DNA of 64,000 nucleotides from Proteobacteria bacterium UBA5680 (lineage in GTDB: Bacteria; Pseudomonadota; Gammaproteobacteria; Arenicellales; UBA5680): NCBI GenBank assembly GCA_002420425.1, contig DIIC01000009.1, positions 21,599 through 85,598 of the forward strand, read 5' to 3'. This document shows positions 26,111 to 37,505 of this stretch, piece after piece. A program made the translations under genes and the position numbers. Each line of letters opens with the position of its first letter. Position 1 is the stretch's first letter. The notes under the pieces were generated by a model. That model was not told the DNA's origin, searched no databases, and worked only from the letters and a program-made list of their open reading frames with translations.

Positions 26111-27412
26111 ATGACATCAGTGACAAAAGACAGATCTATTGAAGAGCGCTATATCGAGCGCTCAGAAAAAAGCAGGATTGCTTTTGAACAAGCCAAACAC
26201 TGGCTGCCTGGAGGAAGCTCACGACAGGCCGGTCTATGGGCACCCTTTCCGTTGACAATTGCCCAAGGAGAGGGGAGCTATATCTGGGATATCGATGGCC
26301 ATCGATATCTTGATCTGGTCAATAACTATACAGCCCTTGTTCATGGCCACGCCTATCCACCGATCATAAGAGCGGTTAAGGAACAGCTTCCAAAGGGGAC
26401 CTGCTGGTCTGCCAGTTGTGAGAGTCAGCTTACCCTTGCTCAACTGCTGGTCAACCGTGTGGAATCGATTGATCAGGTGCGGTTCACCAACTCGGGGTCA
26501 GAAGCGGGCAATTTGGCGCTGATGATTGCTCGTGCTCATACCGGCCGGAATAAGATCCTGATGGCGAGAGGGGGATACCACGGCTCTATCATGGAGTTTG
26601 AAGCCGGTTTTACAGGCCGGGATGGGCCAATGACCCTGGTTGCAGAATATGGCGACCTGAGTACCTTTGAGGCAATTTTGAAGCGTCATGGGAGTGAAAT
26701 TGCAGCCGTTTTTCTTGAGCCGGTAATGGGAGCTTCGGGCGTTGTCCCCGGTAGTCGCTCCTTCCTTGAGGGGGTGAAGAGTGCGACGCACCAGGCGGGA
26801 GCGCTCTTTATTCTTGATGAGGTTCTGACCCTGCGTCTGGCTTTTGGGGGTTATCAGTCTGTGGTAGGGATAAAACCTGATCTCACGCTTTTCGGTAAAT
26901 TTATAGGGGGGGGATTTCCCGTGGGTGCGGTAGGAGGACCAGAGGCGTTATTTGAGCTATTCGATCCTTTGAACCTGAAGATATTTCATACCGGCACATT
27001 CAACGCCAACCCAGTGACCATGGTAGCCGGAAGTGCTTCCGTGGAAGGCTTGACAGCAGCACGAATAGATAAAATGGAACAGGCGGCCCAGACGCTTGAG
27101 GCCGGACTGTTAACGGCGGCTGAGGAGGTGGGGCTGCCACTAACAGTGAACCGTGTGGGTTCAGTGATGAATCTCTTTTTTTCGGCAAATCCTGGCGGTG
27201 CTTACCATCAACGAGATGATCTGCCCATCATTACCCGGTTTCACCTGGCAGCACTTAACCATGGTCTTTTTATGGCCCCGCGTGGACTCATTGCGCTGTC
27301 AACAGTCACAAGTGAGGACCAGGTGGATGAAGCGATCTCCCTCGGTAGGCGGGCAATGGAGGATGTCATTAAGGAACTCCCCGATGCAGCACATCCGGGA
27401 TGGTGTAGATGA
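26111..27412 (+). CDS. Class III aminotransferase resembling beta-phenylalanine aminotransferases (GSA-AT-like clade)
   Basis: PGGSSR...APFPLTIA.GEG, RFTNSGSEA, GGYHG, EP..GASG..PG, DEV.T.RLA, PDLT..GK.IGGG, HTGTFN.N..TM.AG, C-terminal PRG. Confidence 0.75.
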   Translation: MTSVTKDRSIEERYIERSEKSRIAFEQAKHWLPGGSSRQAGLWAPFPLTIAQGEGSYIWDIDGHRYLDLVNNYTALVHGHAYPPIIRAVKEQLPKGTCWSASCESQLTLAQLLVNRVESIDQVRFTNSGSEAGNLALMIARAHTGRNKILMARGGYHGSIMEFEAGFTGRDGPMTLVAEYGDLSTFEAILKRHGSEIAAVFLEPVMGASGVVPGSRSFLEGVKSATHQAGALFILDEVLTLRLAFGGYQSVVGIKPDLTLFGKFIGGGFPVGAVGGPEALFELFDPLNLKIFHTGTFNANPVTMVAGSASVEGLTAARIDKMEQAAQTLEAGLLTAAEEVGLPLTVNRVGSVMNLFFSANPGGAYHQRDDLPIITRFHLAALNHGLFMAPRGLIALSTVTSEDQVDEAISLGRRAMEDVIKELPDAAHPGWCR

Positions 27413-27696
27413 GGGGCACGCTCAAGCCCTCGCATCTGCCAACAGCAAATTCATACCCCTCAGTTTATCCTGTTCAATGAGTTGCCTTAGTCCTCCAATG
27501 TGGTGTGCCATTACGGGCGCCACCGGTTGAGGAAGACTGAATCCGGCGGTGGCAAGATTTCCTTAATCGACCATCCGGTATTCGCCAGCGCCTGAGTCTA
27601 TTGATTGCAATCGAGGTGAGCATAACCAGTAGGCAATAAAATAATATATAGACACATCATAATTACATTTGTTATATTTATTTTAACTATAACAGG

Positions 27697-27877
27697 GGCT
27701 CATAAAGGAGCCGCATACCAGCTGTAAATGAGAGGTTTAACAGACACATTCTGAAATAAAACAAGAGATGCCCTCCGGGAGTTGTACCCACTCCACATTT
27801 TCCCCGGATACCTGAGTATCTGGGGGAAAACAAGTATGACTCCTGTTTTTGAAACGGCCTTCGGGCCGTTTTTTTTT
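27697..27877 (+). ncRNA. Candidate small RNA (AT-rich upstream region, several hairpins, strong terminator)
   Basis: Hairpins GGCTC/GAGCC, GGAGT/ACTCC and TTTTCCCCGGATAC-CTGA-GTATCTGGGGGAAAA; ends in a UUCG terminator; no ORF over 60 aa inside. Confidence 0.4.
27852..27877 (+). terminator. Rho-independent terminator
   Basis: AAACGGCC-TTCG-GGCCGTTT ending in a 9-T run. Confidence 0.9.
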
Positions 27878-27982
27878 CACGACCTGGAAAGCGCCCAATG
27901 GATAGGCCGCCGACTCAAAGCATAAGGAAGGCGCTGTATGCTTATCGATTCTAATAAGAGCAATGAGTGGTCTACAGCGAAA

Positions 27983-28750
27983 CTATGCCTCTGAGACGGG
28001 GACGGTGTAATTGAGGGCCATTCGACCTCCATCTGCATAGAGGCACTGCCCGGTAATGTAAGAGGATTCATCTGATGCCAGGAATAGGGCAATATCAGCA
28101 ATCTCATCGACAGTGCCACAGCGTCCCATCGGAGTACGAGATAGAATTTTTTTTCGTGCCGCCTCATCAGTCATCACCTGTTCAAGAAGTTCGGTCAGGA
28201 TACTTCCAGGTCCGATCGCATTGACCCGGACGCCCCTGTCAGCCAATGAGATGGCCATCACCCGGGTAAGCTGATTAAGCCCCCCTTTGGAGACGTTATA
28301 GGGGAGAATATTGGGAATAGCCATCACAGCATTCACGCTCGACATATTGATGATCGTTCCACCACCCTGGGAAACCATGACTTTTGCCGATGCCTGACTG
28401 ATGACAAAGGCGGCTCTTAGGTTAATACGTAAAACAGCATCAAAATCTTCTTCACTGACGTCAAGGACATCTGCCGCTCTTAAGATGCCAGCATTGTTAA
28501 CGCAGATATCAATTCGACCGAATTGTTGATGGACATTGTCGACCAATGCTCTCGCCTGCTGGCTATCGCCAATATCACAACTTATGAAAGAGATATTATC
28601 AACCGAGTTTGCAACCTGGTTGCCGCTCTCCTCGTCAATATCAGCAATGATGACTTTGGCGCCCTCTTCGGAAAAGCGAACGGCGATCCCCCTGCCAATC
28701 CCTCGGGCTCCACCCGTAATGATGGCGACACGATCTTTCAGACGGTTCAT
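27983..28750 (-). CDS. Short-chain dehydrogenase/reductase
   Basis: TGGARGIG, NNAG, YNVSK catalytic motif, VNAIGPG. Confidence 0.93.
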   Translation of the reverse strand: MNRLKDRVAIITGGARGIGRGIAVRFSEEGAKVIIADIDEESGNQVANSVDNISFISCDIGDSQQARALVDNVHQQFGRIDICVNNAGILRAADVLDVSEEDFDAVLRINLRAAFVISQASAKVMVSQGGGTIINMSSVNAVMAIPNILPYNVSKGGLNQLTRVMAISLADRGVRVNAIGPGSILTELLEQVMTDEAARKKILSRTPMGRCGTVDEIADIALFLASDESSYITGQCLYADGGRMALNYTVPVSEA

Positions 28751-28800
28751 CAAGGTCTCCTTGGATAGAGAACACCCATCTCAGTGTGGGCTGATAAATT

Positions 28801-29577
28801 TCAGCGGTGTTTCCATTTCGGTTTGCGTTTTTCGGCAAAGGCGTTCATTCCCTCTTTTTGGTCTTCAGTGGCAAACAGAGAGTGAAAGAGACGGCGTTCA
28901 AAGCGAATTCCCTGATCGAGAGTGGTGTTCAATGCGCTGTTGACTGACTCTTTTGCCATCAGGACCGAAGGGGCAGATTTCTCTGCAATGGCTGCAGCTG
29001 TTTTGATCGCGTCCTGGAGTAGCTCAGATGTCGGGACCACCCGGCTTACCAACCCGGCACGTTCGGCTTCAGCAGCGTCCATCATTCTTCCAGTCAAAAC
29101 CATCTCCATCGCCTTGGATTTTCCAACCAGGCGAGTGAGTCGCTGAGTACCGCCCGCGCCAGGAATAATACCAAGGCGTATTTCGGGTTGGCCAAATTGA
29201 GTATTTTCAGCTGCCAGGATGAAATCACACATCATCGCCATTTCACACCCCCCACCAAGGCAATACCCTGCAACGGCGGCGATCACGGGTTTACGGCATA
29301 AGGTAATGTTCTCCCAACTGGTAGTTATGAAGTCACCAAGATAGACATCACTATAGGTTTTATCTTTCATCTCCTTAATATCAGCTCCGGCAGCAAATGC
29401 TTTTTCACTACCCGTTAAGACAATTGCGCCAATCGAGCTGTCACTTTCAAATTGATCGAGAGCCTGACCCACCTCTTCCATTAGGGGGCTTGAGAGGGCA
29501 TTCATTGCTTCTGGACGGTTAAGGGTAATTAAACCGACATTTTCTATCACTTCAGTAAGAATATGGTGGTAGGTCAT
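28801..29577 (-). CDS. Enoyl-CoA hydratase (PaaF/EchA8-like)
   Basis: [45 protein letters not shown]. Confidence 0.93.
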   Translation of the reverse strand: MTYHHILTEVIENVGLITLNRPEAMNALSSPLMEEVGQALDQFESDSSIGAIVLTGSEKAFAAGADIKEMKDKTYSDVYLGDFITTSWENITLCRKPVIAAVAGYCLGGGCEMAMMCDFILAAENTQFGQPEIRLGIIPGAGGTQRLTRLVGKSKAMEMVLTGRMMDAAEAERAGLVSRVVPTSELLQDAIKTAAAIAEKSAPSVLMAKESVNSALNTTLDQGIRFERRLFHSLFATEDQKEGMNAFAEKRKPKWKHR

Positions 29578-29690
29578 TCTTTGTAGTACTCCTAGGTAGA
29601 GTCTGGGTTGTGAGTGCGAAATATCGTAGCATTTCACAGTAGAAGAGCGATGTGTGGATGGCAACTATTTTACATATAGGTTACAAAGAA

Positions 29691-29712
29691 ACGTAATATG
29701 CATTAATTACGT
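29691..29712. promoter_or_regulatory. Candidate operator ACGTAAT-N8-ATTACGT between the hydratase and prpE
   Basis: Perfect 7-bp inverted repeat in a divergent promoter region. Confidence 0.4.
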
Positions 29713-29789
29713 CACGCTAACATGAAATAACAGAGACTGTGAGCAAATTTTCCAAGTAACGGTCTGAGGTGAGCAAGAGAAGGAGAAAC

Positions 29790-31688
29790 GTGGGGACACT
29801 TGTAGACTATTTTTCACGTTCACTTAATGATCCGGAACATTTCTGGGGCGAGGCTGCTGAAGCCGTGCATTGGTACAGACGATGGGATCGGGTTCTGGAT
29901 GATAGTGACCAACCCTGGTACCGCTGGTTCTCGGGAGCACAAGTCAACACCTGTTATAACGCACTTGATCTACACATAGAACAGGGGCGGGGTGATCAGC
30001 TTGCAGTGATCTATGACAGCCCGCTAACGGGCCAGCAACGCCATTACACCTACTCCGAATTAAGAAATGAAGTAGCTGATTTTGCCGGTGCTCTCGCCGC
30101 CAAAGGGGTTGTAAAAGGAGACCGTGTGGTGATCTATATGCCAATGGTTCCCGAGACCGCCATTGCCATGCTTGCCTGTGCTCGACTGGGGGCTGTCCAC
30201 TCGGTAGTGTTTGGTGGATTTGCTGCGAATGAACTTGCGGTCAGAATCGATGATGCCACACCGAGAGTGATCGTCTCTGCTGCATGTGGAATAGAACCGG
30301 GACGGGTGGTTGAATATAAGCCACTCCTCGATGGTGCGATCGCACTTTCCAGCCACAAACCAGAGAGCTGTATTATTCTCCAGCGTCCCCAGAAGAGAGC
30401 AGAGCTCACCACAGGACGTGACTTTGATTGGGAAGATTCTGTTGCCGCGGCTTCACCCCATGAATGTGTTCCGGTGGCGGCAACCGACCCGCTCTATATT
30501 CTCTATACCTCGGGGACAACCGGGGAACCCAAAGGGGTGGTCCGCGACAATGGGGGACATATTGTCGCCTTAAAATGGACCATGAAGAATGTCTACAATG
30601 TTGAGCCGGGTCAGGTCTACTGGGCGGCTTCGGATTTGGGCTGGGTGGTGGGGCACTCCTATATCGTCTATGCCCCTCTGTTCAATGGCAACACCACGAT
30701 TATCTATGAGGGCAAGCCGGTGGGAACACCTGATGCGGGAGCCTTCTGGCGAGTTATTGCAGAGCACGGTGTTGAAGTTCTATTTACTGCACCCACCGCA
30801 TTCAGAGCCATCAAGAAAGAGGACCCGGAAGGGAAATTATTGGGCCAGTACGACCTCTCTCAATTCAAAGCCCTGTTTCTTGCCGGAGAGCGAACTGACT
30901 CGGATACTCTCAACTGGGCACAAAAAAAACTCGGTGTACCGGTGCTTGATCATTGGTGGCAGACTGAGACAGGTTGGGCAATCTGCTCCAATTGTATGGG
31001 GATTGAACCTCTTCCCATAAAAGAGGGATCCCCAACCAAGCCGGTTCCGGGGTGGGACCTCAGAGTTGTTGATGATCAATCGGAGGAGGTGCCAGCAGGA
31101 GAGATCGGTTCCCTGGTGGTAAAACTACCGCTGCCTCCGGGCACATTCCCTGAGTTATGGCATGCCCGTCAACGTCATTTCGATGCCTACCTCTCCGAAT
31201 TCCCCGGATTTTACAAAACCGCGGATGCGGGCTATATCGATGAGGATGGATACGTTTTTGTCATGTCCCGGACCGATGACATCATTAATGTGGCCGGGCA
31301 TCGACTCTCGACCGGAGCGATGGAAGAGATCCTGGCGGCACATCCAGATGTTGCTGAGTGTGCAGTCACCGGGGTGGCTAATGAGCTCAAAGGGCAGGTT
31401 CCATTGGGGCTGTTGGTCTTAAATGCGGGGTGTGAACGAGATCATGACATAATAATTTCAGAGACTATCCAGCAGGTCAGAGAGCAGATCGGCCCAGTGG
31501 CCGCATTCAAACAGGCGTTGATCATTGACCGACTCCCCAAAACACGCTCTGGAAAAATCCTCAGAGGAACAATACAGAAAATTGCCGATGGGATGGGGTG
31601 GAAAATGCCTGCCACAATTGAAGATCCTGCCATTCTGGATGAGATTGCCGCGGCATTACAACAAGCAGGTTATCTGAAAAATGGTTAA
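29790..31688 (+). CDS. prpE: Propionyl-CoA synthetase
   Basis: [50 protein letters not shown]; GTG after AGGAG; heads the propionate operon. Confidence 0.9.
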   Translation: MGTLVDYFSRSLNDPEHFWGEAAEAVHWYRRWDRVLDDSDQPWYRWFSGAQVNTCYNALDLHIEQGRGDQLAVIYDSPLTGQQRHYTYSELRNEVADFAGALAAKGVVKGDRVVIYMPMVPETAIAMLACARLGAVHSVVFGGFAANELAVRIDDATPRVIVSAACGIEPGRVVEYKPLLDGAIALSSHKPESCIILQRPQKRAELTTGRDFDWEDSVAAASPHECVPVAATDPLYILYTSGTTGEPKGVVRDNGGHIVALKWTMKNVYNVEPGQVYWAASDLGWVVGHSYIVYAPLFNGNTTIIYEGKPVGTPDAGAFWRVIAEHGVEVLFTAPTAFRAIKKEDPEGKLLGQYDLSQFKALFLAGERTDSDTLNWAQKKLGVPVLDHWWQTETGWAICSNCMGIEPLPIKEGSPTKPVPGWDLRVVDDQSEEVPAGEIGSLVVKLPLPPGTFPELWHARQRHFDAYLSEFPGFYKTADAGYIDEDGYVFVMSRTDDIINVAGHRLSTGAMEEILAAHPDVAECAVTGVANELKGQVPLGLLVLNAGCERDHDIIISETIQQVREQIGPVAAFKQALIIDRLPKTRSGKILRGTIQKIADGMGWKMPATIEDPAILDEIAAALQQAGYLKNG

Positions 31689-31699
31689 CTCTGGGAAAA

Positions 31700-33850
31700 A
31701 TGGTGATGCCCTTTAACAAGCCAACACTTGCCAAATGGCGTGAGCTGGCCGAAAAAGAGTGTCGGGGGAGACCTTTAGAAGATCTCGATACCTTAACCCC
31801 GGAAGGGATTCCACTCAAACCGCTCTATACGTCAGAGGATCTGGATATTATGGCCCACCGGGACGCTCTTCCCGGTTTTGCCCCCTTCCTGCGTGGGCCA
31901 CGGGCAACCATGTATCCCGGACAGCCATGGACAGTCAGGCAATACTCCGGATTTTCAACTGCTGAGGAGTCAAACCAGTTTTATCGTCAGAATATTGCTG
32001 CCGGACAGACAGGTCTCTCCGTAGCTTTTGATCTGGCCACTCACAGAGGTTATGACTCCGACCATCCGCGTGTTGAAGGCGATGTCGGCAAGGCCGGCGT
32101 TGCCATCGATTCGGTTGAGGACATGAAGATTCTCTTTGACCAGATTGAGCTTGATAAGATGTCTGTCTCGATGACCATGAATGGGGCGGTACTGCCTATT
32201 TTGGCGATGTACATCGTAGCGGCAGAAGAGCAGGGCACCAACCGGGAGAAGCTGGCGGGCACACTGCAGAACGATATTCTCAAAGAGTTCATGGTTCGGA
32301 ATACCTATATCTATCCTCCGCAGCCCTCGATGCGGATTGTTGCTGACATTATGAGTTTTACGGCAGAGCAGATGCCACGTTTCAATCCTATCTCCATCTC
32401 CGGATATCATATGCAGGAGGCCGGGGCTACTGCCGTTCAGGAGCTCGCTTATACCCTGGCTGACGGGATTGAGTATGTGCGTACTGCGATCTCTCGTGGA
32501 ATGGATGTTGATCAATTTGCCCCACGCCTCTCTTTCTTTTTTGCGATTGGAATGAACTTCTTCATGGAGGTGGCAAAGTTGAGGGCGGCAAGACAGCTCT
32601 GGGCTGAGTTGATGGCATCACACTTTCAACCCCAAAACCCTCACTCCATGATGCTGAGGACCCACTGCCAGACCTCTGGAGTAAGCCTGACGAGCAAGGA
32701 CCCCTATAATAATATTGTCCGAACTACAATTGAGGCGATGGCGGCTGTTCTTGGGGGGACACAATCACTTCATACCAACTCATTTGATGAGGCGCTGGCA
32801 CTTCCCACAGACTTTTCTGCACGAATAGCGCGTAATACCCAATTGATTCTTCGCGATGAAACAGACCTTGCGCACGTTATTGATCCACTCGGAGGTTCCT
32901 ATTTTCTTGAGAGCCTGACCATGAGTCTTGTTGAAGAGGCGAAGAAGCTGATTACCGAAGTAGAAGATATGGGGGGGATGACCCGTGCCGTCTCTTCAGG
33001 GCTTCCTAAACAGCGAATCGAGGAAGCGGCAGCACTCCGACAGGCACGTATTGATCGAGGTGAAGAAGTTGTCATTGGGGTCAATCAGTTTCAGTACGAA
33101 GATGAGCAAGAGGTTGATATCCGCCAAATTGACAACAGGGCAGTCAGAGAGGCACAGATAAAACGTCTTGAGGAAGTACGCAATTCAAGAGATGATAAGG
33201 CTTGTCGGGCAGCGCTTGACCGACTCACCAGAGGCGCTGAAACGGATGATGAGAATCTGCTTATGCTCTCCGTCGAAGCGACAAAGGCGAGAGCGACGGT
33301 AGGTGAGATTTCAGATGCGCTGGAGAAGGTCTACACTAGGCATCGAGCAGTGGTACATTCAATTAGCGGTGTCTATGGTTCCGCTTATGAAGGAGATGAA
33401 GGGTTCGATAAGATAAGAGAAGAAATTGCCAAGTTTGCATTGAATGAAGGCCGTCAGCCTAGAATTCTGGTGGTAAAGCTAGGCCAGGATGGTCACGACC
33501 GGGGGGCAAGGATTATAGCAACTGCTTTTGCTGATCTTGGATTTGATGTTGATATCGGCCCTCTTTTTCAGACCCCGGAAGAGGCCGTTCGCCAGGCAAT
33601 TGAAAATGATGTTCATATTATTGGCATCTCTTCTCAGGCGGCTGGCCATAAGACACTCGTCCCGCAGGTGATCGAGGCTCTGAAGCAGCAGCATGCTGAC
33701 GATATTATTGTAATTTGTGGTGGTGTTATTCCTCCTCAGGACTATGATGAATTGATCTCACAAGGTGTCGCTGCAATCTATGGGCCTGGAACCAATATTC
33801 CAGTAGCAGCGAGTGAAGTATTGGGATTGATCAGGAACAGGATGGATTAG
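31700..33850 (+). CDS. scpA: Methylmalonyl-CoA mutase (B12-dependent)
   Basis: [48 protein letters not shown]12-binding motif. Confidence 0.96.
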   Translation: MVMPFNKPTLAKWRELAEKECRGRPLEDLDTLTPEGIPLKPLYTSEDLDIMAHRDALPGFAPFLRGPRATMYPGQPWTVRQYSGFSTAEESNQFYRQNIAAGQTGLSVAFDLATHRGYDSDHPRVEGDVGKAGVAIDSVEDMKILFDQIELDKMSVSMTMNGAVLPILAMYIVAAEEQGTNREKLAGTLQNDILKEFMVRNTYIYPPQPSMRIVADIMSFTAEQMPRFNPISISGYHMQEAGATAVQELAYTLADGIEYVRTAISRGMDVDQFAPRLSFFFAIGMNFFMEVAKLRAARQLWAELMASHFQPQNPHSMMLRTHCQTSGVSLTSKDPYNNIVRTTIEAMAAVLGGTQSLHTNSFDEALALPTDFSARIARNTQLILRDETDLAHVIDPLGGSYFLESLTMSLVEEAKKLITEVEDMGGMTRAVSSGLPKQRIEEAAALRQARIDRGEEVVIGVNQFQYEDEQEVDIRQIDNRAVREAQIKRLEEVRNSRDDKACRAALDRLTRGAETDDENLLMLSVEATKARATVGEISDALEKVYTRHRAVVHSISGVYGSAYEGDEGFDKIREEIAKFALNEGRQPRILVVKLGQDGHDRGARIIATAFADLGFDVDIGPLFQTPEEAVRQAIENDVHIIGISSQAAGHKTLVPQVIEALKQQHADDIIVICGGVIPPQDYDELISQGVAAIYGPGTNIPVAASEVLGLIRNRMD

Positions 33851-33932
33851 GGTCGCCTCTAGAATGGGCTAGACCCTCTCTTAGGAGAGTTGAGCGGGCC
33901 TTAGAAATTGATTTGGACTTGCAGGAGAGACA

Positions 33933-35465
33933 ATGCACGAGATTATCGAACAACTTGAAAAAATGCGTGAAGCGGCCCGACAGGGGGGTGGAAAACGCCG
34001 GGTAGATGCTCAGCATGCAAAGGGAAAACTGACAGCCCGAGAGCGTATTGGTCTCTTCCTCGATCCTGATAGTTTCGAAGAGTGGGACATGTTTGTTGAA
34101 CACCGTTGTGTTGACTTTGGGATGGAAGAAAATCGTATTCCCGGTGATGGGGTGGTCACCGGCTATGGGATGGTGAATGGCAGGCAGGTGTTTGTCTATA
34201 GCCAGGATTTTACTGTTTTTGGCGGATCACTCTCAGAAGCACATGCTGAAAAAATTGGGAAAGTGATGGATCAGGCGCTGAAAGTGGGTGTACCGGTAGT
34301 TGGATTTAATGACTCAGGAGGAGCTCGTATTCAGGAGGGGGTGGCTTCTCTTGGGGGGTATGCTGACATTTTTCAGCGCAATGTTCTCGCTTCCGGAGTG
34401 GTGCCCCAGATCTCACTGATTATGGGCCCGTGCGCCGGAGGTGCTGTCTACTCCCCGGCAATGACTGATTTCATATTTATGGTTCGTGACAGTTCCTATA
34501 TGTTTGTTACAGGGCCTGATGTTGTCAAAACAGTCACCCATGAAGAGGTAACCGCAGAAGAGCTGGGGGGTGCAGCCACCCACTCGACCAAATCCGGGGT
34601 TGCCGACGGGTCGTTTGAGAATGATGTTGAAGCACTCTTGATGTTAAGGCGGTTCATTGATTTTCTCCCTTCAAATAATCGGGAAAAGCCACCCAGTCGT
34701 CCAACATCAGACAACCCGGACCGTGAAGATCATGCACTTGATTCACTCATTCCTGATGACCCCAACAAACCTTACGATATGAAGGAGCTGGTATTGAGGG
34801 TGGTCGATGAAGGCGACTTTTTCGAGCTTCAGCCTGAGTATGCCAAAAACATCATTATTGGTTTTGCCCGTATGGAGGGGACAACAGTAGGCATTGTTGC
34901 CAATCAGCCCATGGTATTGGCCGGATGTCTGGATATTCACTCCTCAATCAAAGCGGGCCGGTTTATTCGATTCTGTGATGCCTTTAATATTCCCGTTCTT
35001 ACTTTTGTCGATGTACCGGGCTTCATGCCAGGCACTTCCCAGGAGTACGGCGGCATCATCAAACACGGGGCAAAACTACTTTATGCCTATGCTGAGGCCA
35101 CTGTTCCAAAGGTAACCGTGATCACCCGGAAAGCCTATGGAGGGGCCTATGATGTGATGTCATCAAAGCATCTTCGGGGAGATGTTAATTTTGCCTGGCC
35201 AACCGCTGAGATTGCAGTGATGGGTCCGAAAGGAGCAGTTGAGATTATTTTTAGAGAAGATATGGAAGACCCAAATATGATCGAAGCTCGTACCGAAGAG
35301 TATCGTCAGACTTTTGCCAACCCGTTTATTGCCGGGCGTCGGGGGTATATTGATGATGTCATTATGCCTCACGCAACACGAAAACGTATCTGCCGATCAC
35401 TGATGATGTTGCGGAATAAACAGATAGAGAACCCATGGCGAAAACATGGAAACATTCCGCTTTAG
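33933..35465 (+). CDS. pccB: Propionyl-CoA carboxylase beta subunit
   Basis: [53 protein letters not shown]. Confidence 0.95.
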   Translation: MHEIIEQLEKMREAARQGGGKRRVDAQHAKGKLTARERIGLFLDPDSFEEWDMFVEHRCVDFGMEENRIPGDGVVTGYGMVNGRQVFVYSQDFTVFGGSLSEAHAEKIGKVMDQALKVGVPVVGFNDSGGARIQEGVASLGGYADIFQRNVLASGVVPQISLIMGPCAGGAVYSPAMTDFIFMVRDSSYMFVTGPDVVKTVTHEEVTAEELGGAATHSTKSGVADGSFENDVEALLMLRRFIDFLPSNNREKPPSRPTSDNPDREDHALDSLIPDDPNKPYDMKELVLRVVDEGDFFELQPEYAKNIIIGFARMEGTTVGIVANQPMVLAGCLDIHSSIKAGRFIRFCDAFNIPVLTFVDVPGFMPGTSQEYGGIIKHGAKLLYAYAEATVPKVTVITRKAYGGAYDVMSSKHLRGDVNFAWPTAEIAVMGPKGAVEIIFREDMEDPNMIEARTEEYRQTFANPFIAGRRGYIDDVIMPHATRKRICRSLMMLRNKQIENPWRKHGNIPL

Positions 35466-35489
35466 GCCCAGTCAGAGAGAGATTGGCTA

Positions 35490-37481
35490 ATGTTCAAGAA
35501 GATCCTCATCGCCAACCGTGGAGAGATCGCCTGTCGTGTCATTCGAACAGCACGCAGGCTTGGCATCTCAACAGTAGCCGTCTATTCAGATGCCGATCGA
35601 GATGGGCTGCACAAGGAGATGGCTGATGAGGCTGTCCATATCGGAGCTTCTCCTTCAGCAGAAAGCTATCTGTTGGGAGAGAGGATTATTCAGGCGTGTC
35701 TTGATACCGGTGCTGATGCAGTTCATCCGGGGTATGGGTTTCTCTCTGAGAATGCTTCCTTTGCAGAGGCCTTAGCCAAGGCCGGAATCACTTTTATTGG
35801 CCCGGACCCACTTGCCATAACGGTGATGGGCGACAAGATCACTTCAAAAAAACTGGCAGCTGAAGCCAGCGTTAATACTATCCCAGGCCACCCTGAAATC
35901 ATTCCTGATGCTGATGAAGCGGTTACTGTTGCCAGAGGGATTGGATATCCAGTAATGCTCAAGGCGAGCGCAGGGGGTGGTGGAAAGGGAATGCGCATCG
36001 CCTATGATGACGATTCCTGTCGTCAGGGTTTTGAGCTTGCCACCAATGAAGCGCGTTCAGGTTTTGGCGATGACCGCATTTTTATTGAAAAGTTTATTGA
36101 GGATCCTCGCCATATCGAGATCCAGATCATTGCTGACCGACACGGATCAGTAGTCTATCTGGGCGAGAGGGAGTGCTCTATTCAGCGTAGACACCAAAAG
36201 GTTATCGAGGAAGCGCCCTCTTCATTTCTGGATCAACAGACACGAGAGGCGATGGGTGAACAGGCCTGCCGGCTGGCAGAAGCGGTCGGCTATGTGTCTG
36301 CCGGAACGGTTGAATTTGTTGTTGACGGGAAGCGTAATTTCTATTTTCTCGAGATGAATACACGACTTCAGGTTGAACATCCGGTAACTGAATATGTAAC
36401 GGGTCTCGACCTTGTTGAGTTGATGCTTAAAGTGGCAGCCAATGAACCACTGCCACTGAAGCAGGATGAGATTGAGGTCAATGGCTGGGCAATTGAATCA
36501 AGAATCTATGCAGAAGACCCTGCCCATAATTTTCTTCCCTCAGTTGGCAGGTTGACAGCGTTCGATCCTCCCAAGGAGAACGAGTCTGTTCGGGTCGATA
36601 CGGGTGTTTATGAGGGCGGCGAAGTTTCGATCTACTATGATCCAATGATTGCCAAATTGATTACACATGGTGCAGACCGAAATCAGGCAATTGGGAAAAT
36701 GGTGGATGCACTCGACCGGTTTTATATCCAGGGCGTGGGCAACAACATCCGGTTTTTGCAGGCAGTGTTACTCCATCAAAGATTCAAAACCGGTGATATT
36801 TCAACCCATATGGTGGAGGATGAGTTTCCGGATGGTTATAACCCGGTTTCACATCCCTATAGTTGTCCAGAGAGGCTAATGGCGATAATGGTGGTGGTTC
36901 ACCGGGTCTATATCTGTCGCGCAGCGAAGATATCGGGGCAGATGCCAGGACATGCCAAAGTAGTTGATGACCAGGCGGTTATTGTTACTGAGGATAGACA
37001 TATCCCTGTCAAGGCAACACCAGTGGAAGGTGGCCATGACGTTATCATCGATGAGAAGAGATGGCGGGTTGAATCAGACTGGACTATAAGGGACGCTCTC
37101 TTTTCGGGTGTCGTCAATGACAAGCCGGTTACTGTCGAGATCGAAAGAGAGGGACTGTTGTTCAGGTTGACCTGTCAGGGCAGCTGTTTCGAAGGCGCTG
37201 TGCTCTCTCCGTTAGGTGCTGAGTTGAGTCGGCACATGCTGCAGAAGGTGCCTCCAGATCTCTCCAAATACCTCCTCTCACCCATGCCTGGGCTCTTGGT
37301 AAAAGTTGCTGTTGAGCCAGGTCAGAAGGTAAAGGAGGGTGAGGAGTTGGCAGTAGTAGAGGCCATGAAGATGGAAAATGTTCTTAGAGCTGTTCAGGAC
37401 GGGGTCGTCTCACTTATTCATGCAGAAGTGGGCGCAAGCCTGGTGGTGGATCAGCCTATCATTGAGTTTGAATCAGACTGA
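35490..37481 (+). CDS. pccA: Propionyl-CoA carboxylase alpha subunit (biotin carboxylase plus biotin carrier)
   Basis: LIANRGEIA, HPGYGFLSEN, GGGGKGMR, EMNTRLQVEHPVTE, EAMKME biotinylation site. Confidence 0.95.
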   Translation: MFKKILIANRGEIACRVIRTARRLGISTVAVYSDADRDGLHKEMADEAVHIGASPSAESYLLGERIIQACLDTGADAVHPGYGFLSENASFAEALAKAGITFIGPDPLAITVMGDKITSKKLAAEASVNTIPGHPEIIPDADEAVTVARGIGYPVMLKASAGGGGKGMRIAYDDDSCRQGFELATNEARSGFGDDRIFIEKFIEDPRHIEIQIIADRHGSVVYLGERECSIQRRHQKVIEEAPSSFLDQQTREAMGEQACRLAEAVGYVSAGTVEFVVDGKRNFYFLEMNTRLQVEHPVTEYVTGLDLVELMLKVAANEPLPLKQDEIEVNGWAIESRIYAEDPAHNFLPSVGRLTAFDPPKENESVRVDTGVYEGGEVSIYYDPMIAKLITHGADRNQAIGKMVDALDRFYIQGVGNNIRFLQAVLLHQRFKTGDISTHMVEDEFPDGYNPVSHPYSCPERLMAIMVVVHRVYICRAAKISGQMPGHAKVVDDQAVIVTEDRHIPVKATPVEGGHDVIIDEKRWRVESDWTIRDALFSGVVNDKPVTVEIEREGLLFRLTCQGSCFEGAVLSPLGAELSRHMLQKVPPDLSKYLLSPMPGLLVKVAVEPGQKVKEGEELAVVEAMKMENVLRAVQDGVVSLIHAEVGASLVVDQPIIEFESD

Positions 37482-37505
37482 AAGTATCAATGGGTCAGGG
37501 TAAAA

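Noticed and set aside
26111-27412. hemL (GSA aminomutase), tempting because hemE is nearby
   Set aside because: Lacks HemL signatures such as PGGVNSPVR and YHGH.D; it is operonic with the MIO enzyme
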